From: Candidatus Acidifodinimicrobium mancum
GTDB lineage: Archaea; Nanobdellota; Nanobdellia; Parvarchaeales; Parvarchaeaceae
DNA length: 32,179 nucleotides
Reading direction: 5' to 3'
Assembly: GCA_015121965.1 (NCBI GenBank)
Contig: JADFAP010000017.1
Location: forward strand, 5,047 to 37,225
Under the pieces are notes generated by a model. The model was not told where the DNA came from. It made no database searches and saw only the letters and a list, made by a program, of their open reading frames with translations. Both the position numbers and the translations under genes were made by a program. Positions 1 through 8,281 of the stretch are shown here, one piece after another (within the stretch, counting starts at the first letter, position 1; each line of letters starts with the position of its first letter).

Positions 1-377
1 AGCGGAATGCCGTTAAAGACGCAGATCTGGTTCACAATCAGCCTTGTTTTGGTGTTGTCTGTCGTGTCTATCACAAGGTCGCTGCCTTTGAGGGCTTCCT
101 CAGCGTTCCCCAAAGTCAGGTAAAAGGGGAGACTTTTGAACCTAGTCCTGCTGTTTATATCCTCAAACTTAAGCCTTGCGACATCAGCCTTGTAGTTTAC
201 TGTCTTTGTGTCACGAATATCATAGAGAACCTGCGTTTTCACATTGGTCTCGGTGACTATATCGCCGTCAATTATATCTACCTCTCCGAAATCAAGCCTG
301 CCAATAAGCTGCAGTATAGCTGATCCAAGTGCTCCGCACCCGACTAAAGTCAGTCTGAGCTTGTTTAGGTTTCTCAT
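1..377 (-). CDS. ThiF/MoeB/HesA-family E1-like adenylyltransferase, N-terminal part (gene continues past the left edge of the window)
   Basis: Absent from the ORF track because it is open at position 1. Reverse-strand translation from ATG at 377..375 gives MRNLNKLRLTLVGCGALGSAILQLIGRLDFGEVDIIDGDIVTETNVKTQVLYD... It has a GxGxxG Rossmann loop followed by a DxDxV..TN segment, as in ThiF-type E1 enzymes. Confidence 0.6.
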   Translation of the reverse strand, partial: MRNLNKLRLTLVGCGALGSAILQLIGRLDFGEVDIIDGDIVTETNVKTQVLYDIRDTKTVNYKADVARLKFEDINSRTRFKSLPFYLTLGNAEEALKGSDLVIDTTDNTKTRLIVNQICVFNGIP

Positions 378-394
378 ATCAAATCGAAGAAATC

Positions 395-411
395 TATAAA
401 TATATATAAAA
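395..411. promoter_or_regulatory. AT-rich TATA-like block in the divergent ThiF-like / rpo7 intergenic region
   Basis: TATAAATATATATAAAA lies 18-34 nt upstream of the minus-strand ATG (377) and 36-52 nt upstream of the rpo7 ATG (447). The rpo7 ATG is also preceded by GGAG at 436-439. Confidence 0.4.
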
Positions 412-446
412 GCATACAAGAACATTAAATTAGTTGGAGATAAACT

Positions 447-1013
447 ATGTACGAGATTTTGACTTTAAAATCGAAGATAAGGGTCCCCCCTAGGGCGGAG
501 GAGCAGCCGTTAGATGAGGCCATACGGCTTAAGATACACGAAGATTTCATAGGGAAGATAATAGAGGGGAAATCTCTGCTCTTAGGGCTAGTAAGCATAG
601 ACTCGATAGACGAGGGGATAATAATACCTGAGGATCCCTCAGCATACTACCCGGCTACCTTTAAACTATTAGGCTATACACCCACCCTGCATGAGGTTGT
701 AAAGGGGCAAGTTGTCAATATCAGTGAGATAGGCGCTACAGTTAATGTAGGACCTGTGGATGGGCTTGCGTTTATATCGCAGACCATGGATGATTACGTA
801 GACTTCAGCAAGAACGCACTGGTCGGCAGAAAGACAAAGGAATCGATAAAGATCGGCGATACCGTCACTGCCAGCATAATAGCTATCACCACAAAGGGGC
901 AGATGAAGATTGGGCTTACGATGAGAGCACCCGGACTTGGAAAGATTGACAAGAAGAAGGGAATAAAGAAAAAGGCTGCAAAGGCTGCGAAAGGGGAGAG
1001 GAACAATGGTTGA
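447..1013 (+). CDS. rpo7: DNA-directed RNA polymerase subunit Rpo7 (E')
   Basis: 188-aa ORF with an Rpo7-type N-terminus and an S1/OB segment (VVKGQVVNISEIGATVNVGPVDGLAFISQ). It is the first gene of the conserved archaeal rpo7-spt4-S24e-S27ae cluster. Confidence 0.85.
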   Translation: MYEILTLKSKIRVPPRAEEQPLDEAIRLKIHEDFIGKIIEGKSLLLGLVSIDSIDEGIIIPEDPSAYYPATFKLLGYTPTLHEVVKGQVVNISEIGATVNVGPVDGLAFISQTMDDYVDFSKNALVGRKTKESIKIGDTVTASIIAITTKGQMKIGLTMRAPGLGKIDKKKGIKKKAAKAAKGERNNG

Positions 1014-1191
1014 GAAAGCCTGCAGAGTCTGTGGCCACATAACGGAGGGGAGGAAGTGCGAAATCTGCGGAAGCGATGACCTGTCGGCGAAGTGGAAGGG
1101 GGTCATTGATGTTATTGACCCGGAGAATTCAAAGGTTGCTGCAGATCTTAAGATCACAAAGCCAGGCAAATACGCATTGGTTATAGAATAA
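1006..1191 (+). CDS. spt4: Transcription elongation factor Spt4 (RpoE'')
   Basis: 61 aa with a CxxC-x8-CxxC zinc ribbon (CRVCGHITEGRKCEICG) and a C-terminal KPGKYALVIE typical of archaeal Spt4. It overlaps the rpo7 stop by 8 nt. Confidence 0.85.
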   Translation: MVEKACRVCGHITEGRKCEICGSDDLSAKWKGVIDVIDPENSKVAADLKITKPGKYALVIE

Positions 1192-1193
1192 TT

Positions 1194-1496
1194 ATGAAAC
1201 TAGAGGTCACCGGTGAGTCAAGCAATGAGTTCTTTGATCGTAAGACAGTAGATTTTTACGTGGATTTCGAGAAAGGCGAAAAGGTCAAACTACTGGACGC
1301 GAGGAAGGAGCTGTCTGAAAAATATAAGGATGGCATGCTTGTCGTGCTTACTTTAAAGAATATGTTTGGGCTTAGGAGGATGAAGGGCGTTGCACAGTTG
1401 TATTCAAATGAGACAGTGGCAAAGTCGGTTCTGCCCAGGTACGTGCTGAAGAAGAACGGGTTGATAGAAGATGCCAAAGAAAAAGAAAAGAAATAG
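1194..1496 (+). CDS. rps24e: 30S ribosomal protein S24e
   Basis: 100 aa; the N-terminal ..[16 protein letters not shown].. segment, the size and the position after spt4 match eS24. Confidence 0.85.
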   Translation: MKLEVTGESSNEFFDRKTVDFYVDFEKGEKVKLLDARKELSEKYKDGMLVVLTLKNMFGLRRMKGVAQLYSNETVAKSVLPRYVLKKNGLIEDAKEKEKK

Positions 1497-1662
1497 AGAG
1501 AGCGAGAAGGTCTATAAACTCTACAAGATAGAGGGCGATAAGTTAGTCAGGCTAAGGAAGACCTGCCCCAAGTGTGGAGAAGGCGTTTTTCTAGCTCAGC
1601 ATAAGGACAGGCTCACATGCGGTAGATGTGGATACACTGAATTTCTGCCACAGAAGAAGTAG
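1471..1662 (+). CDS. rps27ae: 30S ribosomal protein S27ae
   Basis: 63 aa with a basic N-terminus and a CxxC-x14-CxxC ribbon ([23 protein letters not shown]). It overlaps the S24e tail by 26 nt. Confidence 0.85.
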   Translation: MPKKKKRNRESEKVYKLYKIEGDKLVRLRKTCPKCGEGVFLAQHKDRLTCGRCGYTEFLPQKK

Positions 1663-1777
1663 TGAGGCGTTTAAGAATAAGTTTAAGTTCTTGCCGATTC
1701 GCTATATATTTGCAGATATCAATTTGAACACTTCTTTGAATCTACAAATTTATACGATTGCTGCAAATAAATAAAAT

Positions 1778-2416
1778 ATGGAATATTACAGCGTAGCACA
1801 GATCAAAAATATGGAGGAAGAAGCCAAAAAGAGAGGCGTGACTGAAAATAAGATGATGGATACGGCTGGGCGTTTAGTGGCCGATTTTATAGATAAGAAT
1901 ATAGAATTTAAAAGAGCGGTATTTATAGCAGGCACTGGAAACAATGGCGGGGATGCTCTTTCTGCGGCTTTCCACCTCTTTAATTTGAACCATTCAAACA
2001 TTGAAGTTATTGTTGTAGGAAAACCGGAGGAATTGAAAGAAAACCCGAAAGTTTTCCTTTACCTTATAAGTGATATCAAAGATATTTCAGTCAAATTCAT
2101 TTCTGATTCAGCTGCTTTAAACAGCATAAAGGAGGATATAAAAGATGCGGATATTTTGGTGGTAGAGCTTTTCGGTACCGGTTTTCATGGTGATCTGCCT
2201 ACCTTAGCTGCCGATTTAATTGATTCGATAAATGATTCAGATGCTAAAAGAATCAGCATAGATATACCTTCTGGCATGAATGGCGATTCAGGAGATTTCA
2301 AAAAAGTAGTAAAATCAGATTTCACTCTTACAATGATGGCTATGAAAAAGGCATTCCAAAATCCGCAAGCATTGTCGGTCTGCGGCAAGATCTTGATCAT
2401 GAACTTATTAAATTAA
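1778..2416 (+). CDS. NAD(P)H-hydrate epimerase, YjeF N-terminal domain only
   Basis: 212 aa with the GTGNNGGDAL motif characteristic of the YjeF_N / NnrE domain. No C-terminal carbohydrate-kinase-like dehydratase domain follows; a tRNA gene comes next. Confidence 0.7.
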   Translation: MEYYSVAQIKNMEEEAKKRGVTENKMMDTAGRLVADFIDKNIEFKRAVFIAGTGNNGGDALSAAFHLFNLNHSNIEVIVVGKPEELKENPKVFLYLISDIKDISVKFISDSAALNSIKEDIKDADILVVELFGTGFHGDLPTLAADLIDSINDSDAKRISIDIPSGMNGDSGDFKKVVKSDFTLTMMAMKKAFQNPQALSVCGKILIMNLLN

Positions 2417-2443
2417 TATAATAAATTTTAGAACATTAACCAT

Positions 2444-2526
2444 CGCTGGGTACAGGATTCGAACCTGTGAATCCTTGCGGAAACCGGTTCTCAAGACCGG
2501 CGCTTTAACCACTCAGCCAACCCAGC
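2444..2526 (-). tRNA. tRNA-Ser (anticodon UGA)
   Basis: Reverse complement GCTGGGTTGGCTGAGTGGTTAAAGCGCCGGTCTTGAGAACCGGTTTCCGCAAGGATTCACAGGTTCGAATCCTGTACCCAGCG folds as a cloverleaf. It has a 7-bp acceptor stem, anticodon loop CTTGAGA, a long variable arm and T-loop TTCGAAT. No CCA is encoded. Confidence 0.85.
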
Positions 2527-2580
2527 ATCAGTAAGAGTTGTCAGTCAACAAATTTAAATGATGTGCTTGTTATCTATTGA

Positions 2581-3393
2581 ATGCAGATTAATATAAACAA
2601 CTTCTCCTTGGATGCGACTCTATCCGCTGGCCAGACTTTTTCTTGGTTCAAATTGGAGGGTAGGTGGATCAGGCTGGTCGGGAATCCGATAACTGCAAAG
2701 CAAACTGATCGAAATACTTTAGAAGCAGATGGAGCGGGCGAAAAGGAGATAAAAAGACTACTGGGTTTGAATGATGATATTCAGAGGATAAACAAAGAGA
2801 TAAGCAAGGATGATTTCATATCAGAGGCGATAAGAAAATCGGCAGGCTTAAGGGTTGTGGAGGATGGGCTTTGGCCTTCGACACTCGGCTTCATTCTATC
2901 CATACAATCAAACATAAACCTTATAAAGAAAAGAGTGCAGACTCTGTCGAAGATATATGGTGAAGAGGTAGAGGTTAACGGTAAGAAACTCTACACATTC
3001 CCCAGGGCGAATAGTATCTCCGCCAGGCCAGATCTCACAGCTGAAGCAAGACTGGGATTTAGATCAAAGTTTGTGATTGCTGCGGCTAAACATTTCAGTG
3101 AGACAAATATAAATGAAGAAATAGAAGACGAGGAGCTTGTAAAGCACCTTCTTTCGATTCATGGCGTAGGTCCTAAGGTTCTTGACTGTGTGATGCTGTA
3201 TGGTCTTCATAGATTATCATATTTCCCTATGGATGTGTGGATAGAGAGGGCTCTGAAGGAGAAATACTCAAACATGGTAGGTGGTTTAAAATCCTATAGG
3301 GCGATAAATGAGAAAATGAGGGAGTATTTCGGCGAGTTCGCGGGATATGCGCAGCTTTACATATACGACAGCTTCAGGAAGAAAACAAGCTAG
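2581..3393 (+). CDS. ogg: 8-oxoguanine DNA glycosylase / AP lyase, HhH-GPD superfamily (Ogg1-like)
   Basis: 270 aa with an N-terminal LSAGQTFSW motif and the helix-hairpin-helix HGVGPKVLDCVMLYGL, which contains the catalytic-type Lys. This is followed by FPMDVWIERA with the conserved Asp. Confidence 0.7.
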   Translation: MQININNFSLDATLSAGQTFSWFKLEGRWIRLVGNPITAKQTDRNTLEADGAGEKEIKRLLGLNDDIQRINKEISKDDFISEAIRKSAGLRVVEDGLWPSTLGFILSIQSNINLIKKRVQTLSKIYGEEVEVNGKKLYTFPRANSISARPDLTAEARLGFRSKFVIAAAKHFSETNINEEIEDEELVKHLLSIHGVGPKVLDCVMLYGLHRLSYFPMDVWIERALKEKYSNMVGGLKSYRAINEKMREYFGEFAGYAQLYIYDSFRKKTS

Positions 3394-4490
3394 TCAAAGG
3401 AGAATTCCTTGACCTTCATCTGTTTCATGCTTTCATCCACTATCCCGTCAAGATCTATTTCCTTAGACAGCCTCTCTATTACCTCTGATTTCGCATTTGT
3501 AGCCGGATGCTTCGAAACTATGGAACAGCAGTCTTTGTATGGCTGTATAGATAGATCATATGTCCCGTACCTCATTGCTAGTTTGATTATCTCTTCCTTG
3601 TTTACAGTGGTGAATGGCCTCAAGATAAGTGTCTCAACCCCGCTGCTTTCAGCTCTTAGATTGTCAAGCGTTTGGGAGGCAACCTGGGAGAGGGAATCCC
3701 CGGTCGCAATTGCCTTGTATCCCATCTCATTTGCGAGCCTTTCTGCAAGCTTCAGAAGGAATCTCTTGAATAGAACCAGTTCGTACCTGGGCGGGGCTGC
3801 GGAGGCCTTGATAGAGAAAACATAGAAAGGCACAAGATATAGTTTGAAGTCGTTTACCCCCTTTATTCTCTCAAGTATTCCTTTTATCTTCGAATCCAGA
3901 GCTAGGTCCGGGTCATTAAAGGCATGGACGTGCAGCAAATCAACAGACATCCCCCTCTTCATCAGTTCGAATGGAACAACCGAAGAGTCAATTCCTCCTG
4001 AAAATAACGACAGCACTTTATTCTTTGGGTCTATAGGCAATCCGCCTATCCCTCTTTTGATGTCATAGTTGACCGTAAAATTGTCCTTGAATATCTCAAT
4101 TCTTACTTTCTGCCCACTCTCTTCTCCCCCAACTTCTTTTATTAAGTAGTTCCTTATATCAAGCGATGTTTTTTCATATGACTTATCTATCCTCCTCACA
4201 TCTATGTTCATTGGTCCATACTGGGCTTCCAGCGCTTTGACCGCCTTTTTAAGTTTTTCAAGGTCTCTCTCTATTATCTCAGTCCTTCCGAACCACGCGA
4301 TCCCAGGAAGTAAGGCGAGTCGGTCGGCGTCTTTCTCATCCACACCCCTCAATAGTAGTCTGCCCCATATCTTCTCTGGTCTCTTGTGAAAAGTCCTGTA
4401 TATCTCCTTATCAAGAAGCTTCTCAAAGCCTCTCCGGTTCCTTCCCTTCAAGGCTATCTCATTGTAGTGTATACTTACATCTTCTAACAT
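3390..4490 (-). CDS. thiI: tRNA 4-thiouridine synthase ThiI (THUMP + PP-loop ATPase)
   Basis: Contains the PP-loop SGGIDS and the N-terminal ..HYNEIALKGRNRRGFEKLL.. typical of ThiI. The ORF-track start at 4514 is a GTG, so I prefer the ATG at 4490 (MLEDVSIHYNEI...). No rhodanese domain is present. Confidence 0.8.
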   Translation of the reverse strand: MLEDVSIHYNEIALKGRNRRGFEKLLDKEIYRTFHKRPEKIWGRLLLRGVDEKDADRLALLPGIAWFGRTEIIERDLEKLKKAVKALEAQYGPMNIDVRRIDKSYEKTSLDIRNYLIKEVGGEESGQKVRIEIFKDNFTVNYDIKRGIGGLPIDPKNKVLSLFSGGIDSSVVPFELMKRGMSVDLLHVHAFNDPDLALDSKIKGILERIKGVNDFKLYLVPFYVFSIKASAAPPRYELVLFKRFLLKLAERLANEMGYKAIATGDSLSQVASQTLDNLRAESSGVETLILRPFTTVNKEEIIKLAMRYGTYDLSIQPYKDCCSIVSKHPATNAKSEVIERLSKEIDLDGIVDESMKQMKVKEFSFD

Positions 4491-4568
4491 AACCTTACTT
4501 TTACCCCCTCTCACAATTTAAGAGTCATCAAATAACTATTATATCCGCGGGTATGTTAATATAAATTA

Positions 4569-6014
4569 ATGGAAGCAAAAAGGGTTGGGGATTTAGAGTG
4601 GGTCATTGATAAAAGCTTCAAAGAAGGCATGAGAGTTCCAATACGACTTTTTGGAACTGAGAACCTAATAAAGAATCTTGATCCCCAGGTATACGATCAG
4701 GCAGCAAATGTTGCGACCTTACCTGGCGCAGAGAAAGAGATAATATTGATGCCAGATGCACATTCAGGCTACGGCGCCCCGATAGGCACAGTGGCTGCAT
4801 TTGACGTAAACAACGGTGGAATAATCTCCCCAGGAATGATAGGATTTGACATAAACTGTTCTGTCAGGCTGATAAAGACTAACCTTACGCTAAAGGATGT
4901 CAAACCGAAGCTGAAGACGTTAGTTGAAGAATTTTTCAAGGCAATACCGTCAGGTGTGGGCTCAGAGAGCAAGGTGAGACTGAAGGAGCCAGAGTTTAAG
5001 GAGCTGGCAGACGGCGGAGCTAGATGGGCTACTGAGCGCGGGTTTGGAAAGAAGGAAGACCTTGAAAGGATAGAACTGAACGGCAATGCAGAATGGGCTG
5101 ACAGCGGGAAACTATCAAAAGCAGCGGTAAAGAGGGGATTGAATCAGATAGGGACGCTTGGATCAGGCAATCACTACCTTGAGATCGAGCACCTAGTCCC
5201 AGAGAATGTGTTCGATGATAAGTTAGCAAAGAAGTGGGGATTATTTGATGACCAGATTTTGATTCTTGTACATACCGGCTCAAGAGGAGCAGGGCACCAG
5301 ATAGCCTCGGATTATATGAATTCATTCGCGAGCATAATGAAATCAAAGTATAACATAGAAGTTCCGGACCGAGAGCTAGCTGCTGTCCCTTTTCTGTCGG
5401 ATGATGGGCAGGATTACTATAAAGCGATGGGCTGCGGTGTAAACATAAGCTTCGCAAACAAGCAGATAATCCTACAGAGAGTGAGGGAAGTGATGTCGAA
5501 GGTTTTCAAGTCTGACGAGGATTCACTGGGTATAGATATCGTGTATGATGTAGCGCATAACAGGGCTACACTAGAGAAGCACGAAATAGACGGTGAGAAC
5601 CTTGAGCTTTTAGTTCATAGGAAAGGGGCTACTGCAAGCTATTACCCCGGAAGGAAGGAGATACCAAAATTATACAGGCAGGATGGATCCCCGGTCCTGA
5701 TAGGCGGGAGCATGCAGACCGCAAGTTACCTTCTGGTCGGTTCAGAAAATTCAAGGCAGACTTTTTGCTCAACTGTCCACGGAGCGGGAAGGATGATGAG
5801 CAGGCACAAGGCAAAGGAGAAATACGACGGAAAGAAGCTAAAGGAGGAGATGATAAAGAGTGGGATCTACGTTGATACAGATTCATTGTCTGGCCTAGCA
5901 GAAGAAGCCGGAGGAGCGTACAAGGATGTCAATGAGGTTGTTGAAAGCGTTGACAAGGCAGGAATATCCAGGAAAGTGGCAAAGTTCCTTCCGCTCGGCG
6001 TAATAAAGGGATGA
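4569..6014 (+). CDS. rtcB: RNA 3'-phosphate/tRNA-splicing ligase RtcB
   Basis: 481 aa with RtcB signatures: PDAHSGYG, GSGNHYLEIE, HTGSRGAGHQ and HGAGR. Confidence 0.95.
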   Translation: MEAKRVGDLEWVIDKSFKEGMRVPIRLFGTENLIKNLDPQVYDQAANVATLPGAEKEIILMPDAHSGYGAPIGTVAAFDVNNGGIISPGMIGFDINCSVRLIKTNLTLKDVKPKLKTLVEEFFKAIPSGVGSESKVRLKEPEFKELADGGARWATERGFGKKEDLERIELNGNAEWADSGKLSKAAVKRGLNQIGTLGSGNHYLEIEHLVPENVFDDKLAKKWGLFDDQILILVHTGSRGAGHQIASDYMNSFASIMKSKYNIEVPDRELAAVPFLSDDGQDYYKAMGCGVNISFANKQIILQRVREVMSKVFKSDEDSLGIDIVYDVAHNRATLEKHEIDGENLELLVHRKGATASYYPGRKEIPKLYRQDGSPVLIGGSMQTASYLLVGSENSRQTFCSTVHGAGRMMSRHKAKEKYDGKKLKEEMIKSGIYVDTDSLSGLAEEAGGAYKDVNEVVESVDKAGISRKVAKFLPLGVIKG

Positions 6015-6469
6015 CTAAAATGGCAAAGATCAAGAGAAACTACAGGTTTTTGGACAACATAACCAGTGCTGATGTGGCTTTCGAAGCGGGTGGTGAAACC
6101 ATGGACAAGCTATTCGAAAACTGTGCGTATGCTCTGGAGAACGTGATGGTGAACAGGCTAGACAGGGTAAAAGCGGAAAAAGAAAGGAATATAACAGTTG
6201 AAGCACGTGATGCGGATCAGCTGCTTTTCTCGTTTCTTCATGAGATCTTAATGCTGAAGGACGTTGAAAGGCTGGTCTTCAGCAGGTTTAAGGTATCGAT
6301 TAAGAGGCTGAATGAAAACAGGTATCTGCTAAAGTGCATATGCAAGGGCTCAAAGATAGATCCTAAGACACATGACGTAGTGGTTGATGTGAAGGGGATA
6401 TCAATGCACAGGCTGAAGGTTGGGAGAAAGGAAGGCGCGTATAAGGCAATGGTCGTTGTAGATGTATGA
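6011..6469 (+). CDS. Archease (RtcB activator)
   Basis: 152 aa with an N-terminal F.D.TSADVAFEA motif and archease size. ATGA 4-nt overlap with the rtcB stop codon. Confidence 0.85.
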   Translation: MTKMAKIKRNYRFLDNITSADVAFEAGGETMDKLFENCAYALENVMVNRLDRVKAEKERNITVEARDADQLLFSFLHEILMLKDVERLVFSRFKVSIKRLNENRYLLKCICKGSKIDPKTHDVVVDVKGISMHRLKVGRKEGAYKAMVVVDV

Positions 6470-6472
6470 CCT

Positions 6473-7198
6473 TCAATTCATGCTCTCATACGCTTTGAGC
6501 ACATGTTCTCCTCCAGATTTTGCGTCAAAGTTTCTCCTTACTTTTTCGATTATCTCCGCTTTTTTCATGCCTTTAGAGCAGATTATTATCGTGTTTCCAG
6601 ATAGTATACTGCTGGACACTCTGTATACATTGAATCTCTTCTCCAACTTCCCTATATAACTGTTGAAATAGAGCATGTCTTTTATGCTCATCGCGTAGTT
6701 TATCGCTAGTATCCCCTCTTGGTTCAGTGCTTCGTATGCGCTGTTTACGAACTTCTCGGTCAAGAAAGGCTTAGGTATATAGTCAGATATGTACGCATCT
6801 AGGATCACTATGTCATATCCTCGATGTGTGTCTATATATTTTGACCCGTCTGCAAGTATAATCTCTGCATGAACATCATTGTCGGACATGAACTTCCTGT
6901 ATAACTCAGCTACCTTTGGATCGACTTCCACTGCCGTAAGCGAAGCCTTGCTACCGTATAGTTTTTCGAACTGGAAGAGTATCGTTCCACCCCCAAGGCC
7001 TATCATAAGCACCTTAGGCGTGGCATACAAGCTTGGCAACGGTGCAAAGAAGTCCCAATAAGCATTTGTATAGATTTTTCCGCCCTTGAATATCCTTGAG
7101 TAAGTGACTATTCCGTATCTGAATTCTTTTCGGTCTTCTTCATCCAATATGTTAAAGTCCGGCTCCTTGATTCCAAAGACTTTCCTTATCAAACTCAT
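6473..7198 (-). CDS. Spermidine/spermine synthase-like class I methyltransferase-fold protein
   Basis: 241 aa with VLMIGLGGGT (motif I), LTAVEVDPKV and YDIVILDAY, matching the spermine-synthase-like aminopropyltransferase layout. Confidence 0.6.
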   Translation of the reverse strand: MSLIRKVFGIKEPDFNILDEEDRKEFRYGIVTYSRIFKGGKIYTNAYWDFFAPLPSLYATPKVLMIGLGGGTILFQFEKLYGSKASLTAVEVDPKVAELYRKFMSDNDVHAEIILADGSKYIDTHRGYDIVILDAYISDYIPKPFLTEKFVNSAYEALNQEGILAINYAMSIKDMLYFNSYIGKLEKRFNVYRVSSSILSGNTIIICSKGMKKAEIIEKVRRNFDAKSGGEHVLKAYESMN

Positions 7199-7353
7199 AA
7201 TCTCTTCCTTCTCTCACCTATAATAAAAGCGTTCTTCTGCGTCATACTTAAATACGAGAAACTATTCATTAATCGTATAACTTAGTAGTAAAACTTTATA
7301 TATTGGTAATTGTTTTATTCCATTTAATAACTATTGAGTAGTGGGGAGGTTAT

Positions 7354-8148
7354 ATGCCATTGTCTTTTAGTGAAGATTACATAGGGAAAGTCAGAAGGAT
7401 GTTCGGTTTGAACATGTATGAGGCCAAGATATGGCTTGCGCTGCTTTCGCAGGGCAAGTCCACAAACGGCAAGCTCAGTGATCTAGCGAACATACCAAAG
7501 TCAAGATCCTACGATATACTCGTTTCGTTGGAGAACGCCGGTTTTGTTGTCAGAGAATTAGGCAAGCCCATAACTTACAAGGCTACTCCCCCATCCGAAT
7601 TGCTTGCGAATATGAAGGAGAAGACTGAAGAGGGCTATAAGGCACAGGTGGAGAAGATAGAGAAGCTCAAGGACAGCGAGGTTTTGAAGGATCTGCAGAA
7701 GCTGTACGAGAAAGGCATAACCTTCGTGAAGGAAGGAGAAGTTGCATCAGCCTACCAAGGTCTGCCATCAGCTTTCATGAAGATAAAGAACGAGATAAGG
7801 ACTGCAAAGGATGAGGTTTTGATAGTGAGCACTGAAAAGTCATTAGAGCAGAAGATAAGGTCCCTTAACAGGGCTTTAGCCGAAGCAAAGGCGAAGGGCG
7901 TGAGCGTCAAGGTATACGCACCGATAGAGCAGCTGAAGGAAGAGCTGGAGCACGAAATAAACAGGGTAGGCAAGTTCACGAAACTTAACATAGACTTAGG
8001 CAGATTCATAATCGTCGACGGTAAGACAGTGTTCATTTTCACACAGAATGACAAGGATGTGCACCCAAGCTCAGAGGTCGTAGTGAGCATAAGGGGCGAT
8101 TATCTGGTAGACAAGTTCAAGAATCTTATAGAAGCGCATTCAAAGTGA
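7354..8148 (+). CDS. TrmB-family transcriptional regulator
   Basis: 264 aa with an N-terminal winged HTH (YEAKIWLALLSQGKSTNGKLSDLANIPKSRSYDILVSLENAGFV) typical of TrmB. GGGGAGGT sits 5-12 nt upstream of the ATG. Confidence 0.75.
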   Translation: MPLSFSEDYIGKVRRMFGLNMYEAKIWLALLSQGKSTNGKLSDLANIPKSRSYDILVSLENAGFVVRELGKPITYKATPPSELLANMKEKTEEGYKAQVEKIEKLKDSEVLKDLQKLYEKGITFVKEGEVASAYQGLPSAFMKIKNEIRTAKDEVLIVSTEKSLEQKIRSLNRALAEAKAKGVSVKVYAPIEQLKEELEHEINRVGKFTKLNIDLGRFIIVDGKTVFIFTQNDKDVHPSSEVVVSIRGDYLVDKFKNLIEAHSK

Positions 8149-8281
8149 AGCGAACTCCAGTAAAAATTTTGCAATTTCGAGACAGATGCTGCCTTGTATC
8201 TGGACACAGATAAAAGTTTAATAAATACAAAGTGTTTGTGAATTGTATGTTCATCAGTCCATATACTAGCAGGAGTACAAA

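Noticed and set aside
669-1169. 166-aa minus-strand ORF antisense to rpo7/spt4. Similar long antisense ORFs occur at 3409-3825, 5029-5457, 8287-8706, 8743-9105, 16546-16935, 25130-25474, 25585-25953 and 29544-30008.
   Set aside because: Each lies entirely inside a confidently assigned gene on the other strand and has low-complexity Ser/Leu/Phe-rich translations with no motifs. These are typical shadow ORFs of purine-rich (AAG/GAA/AGG) coding strands.
1471-1496. The 26-nt overlap of S24e and S27ae as a possible frameshift or fusion site.
   Set aside because: Both frames have their own plausible termini (the Lys/Glu-rich tail of S24e and the basic N-terminus of S27ae). Short overlaps are the norm in this window, and I saw no slippery sequence.
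4543-4556. ATCCGCGGGTATGT is repeated identically at 15873-15886, and ATCCGCGGG occurs again at 18122-18130. Two of the three copies sit next to TATA-like boxes.
   Set aside because: A 14-mer identity in about 64 kb of two-strand sequence is within chance expectation (order of a few), and one copy is inside the NFACT coding region. It is not enough to call a motif without genome-wide enrichment.
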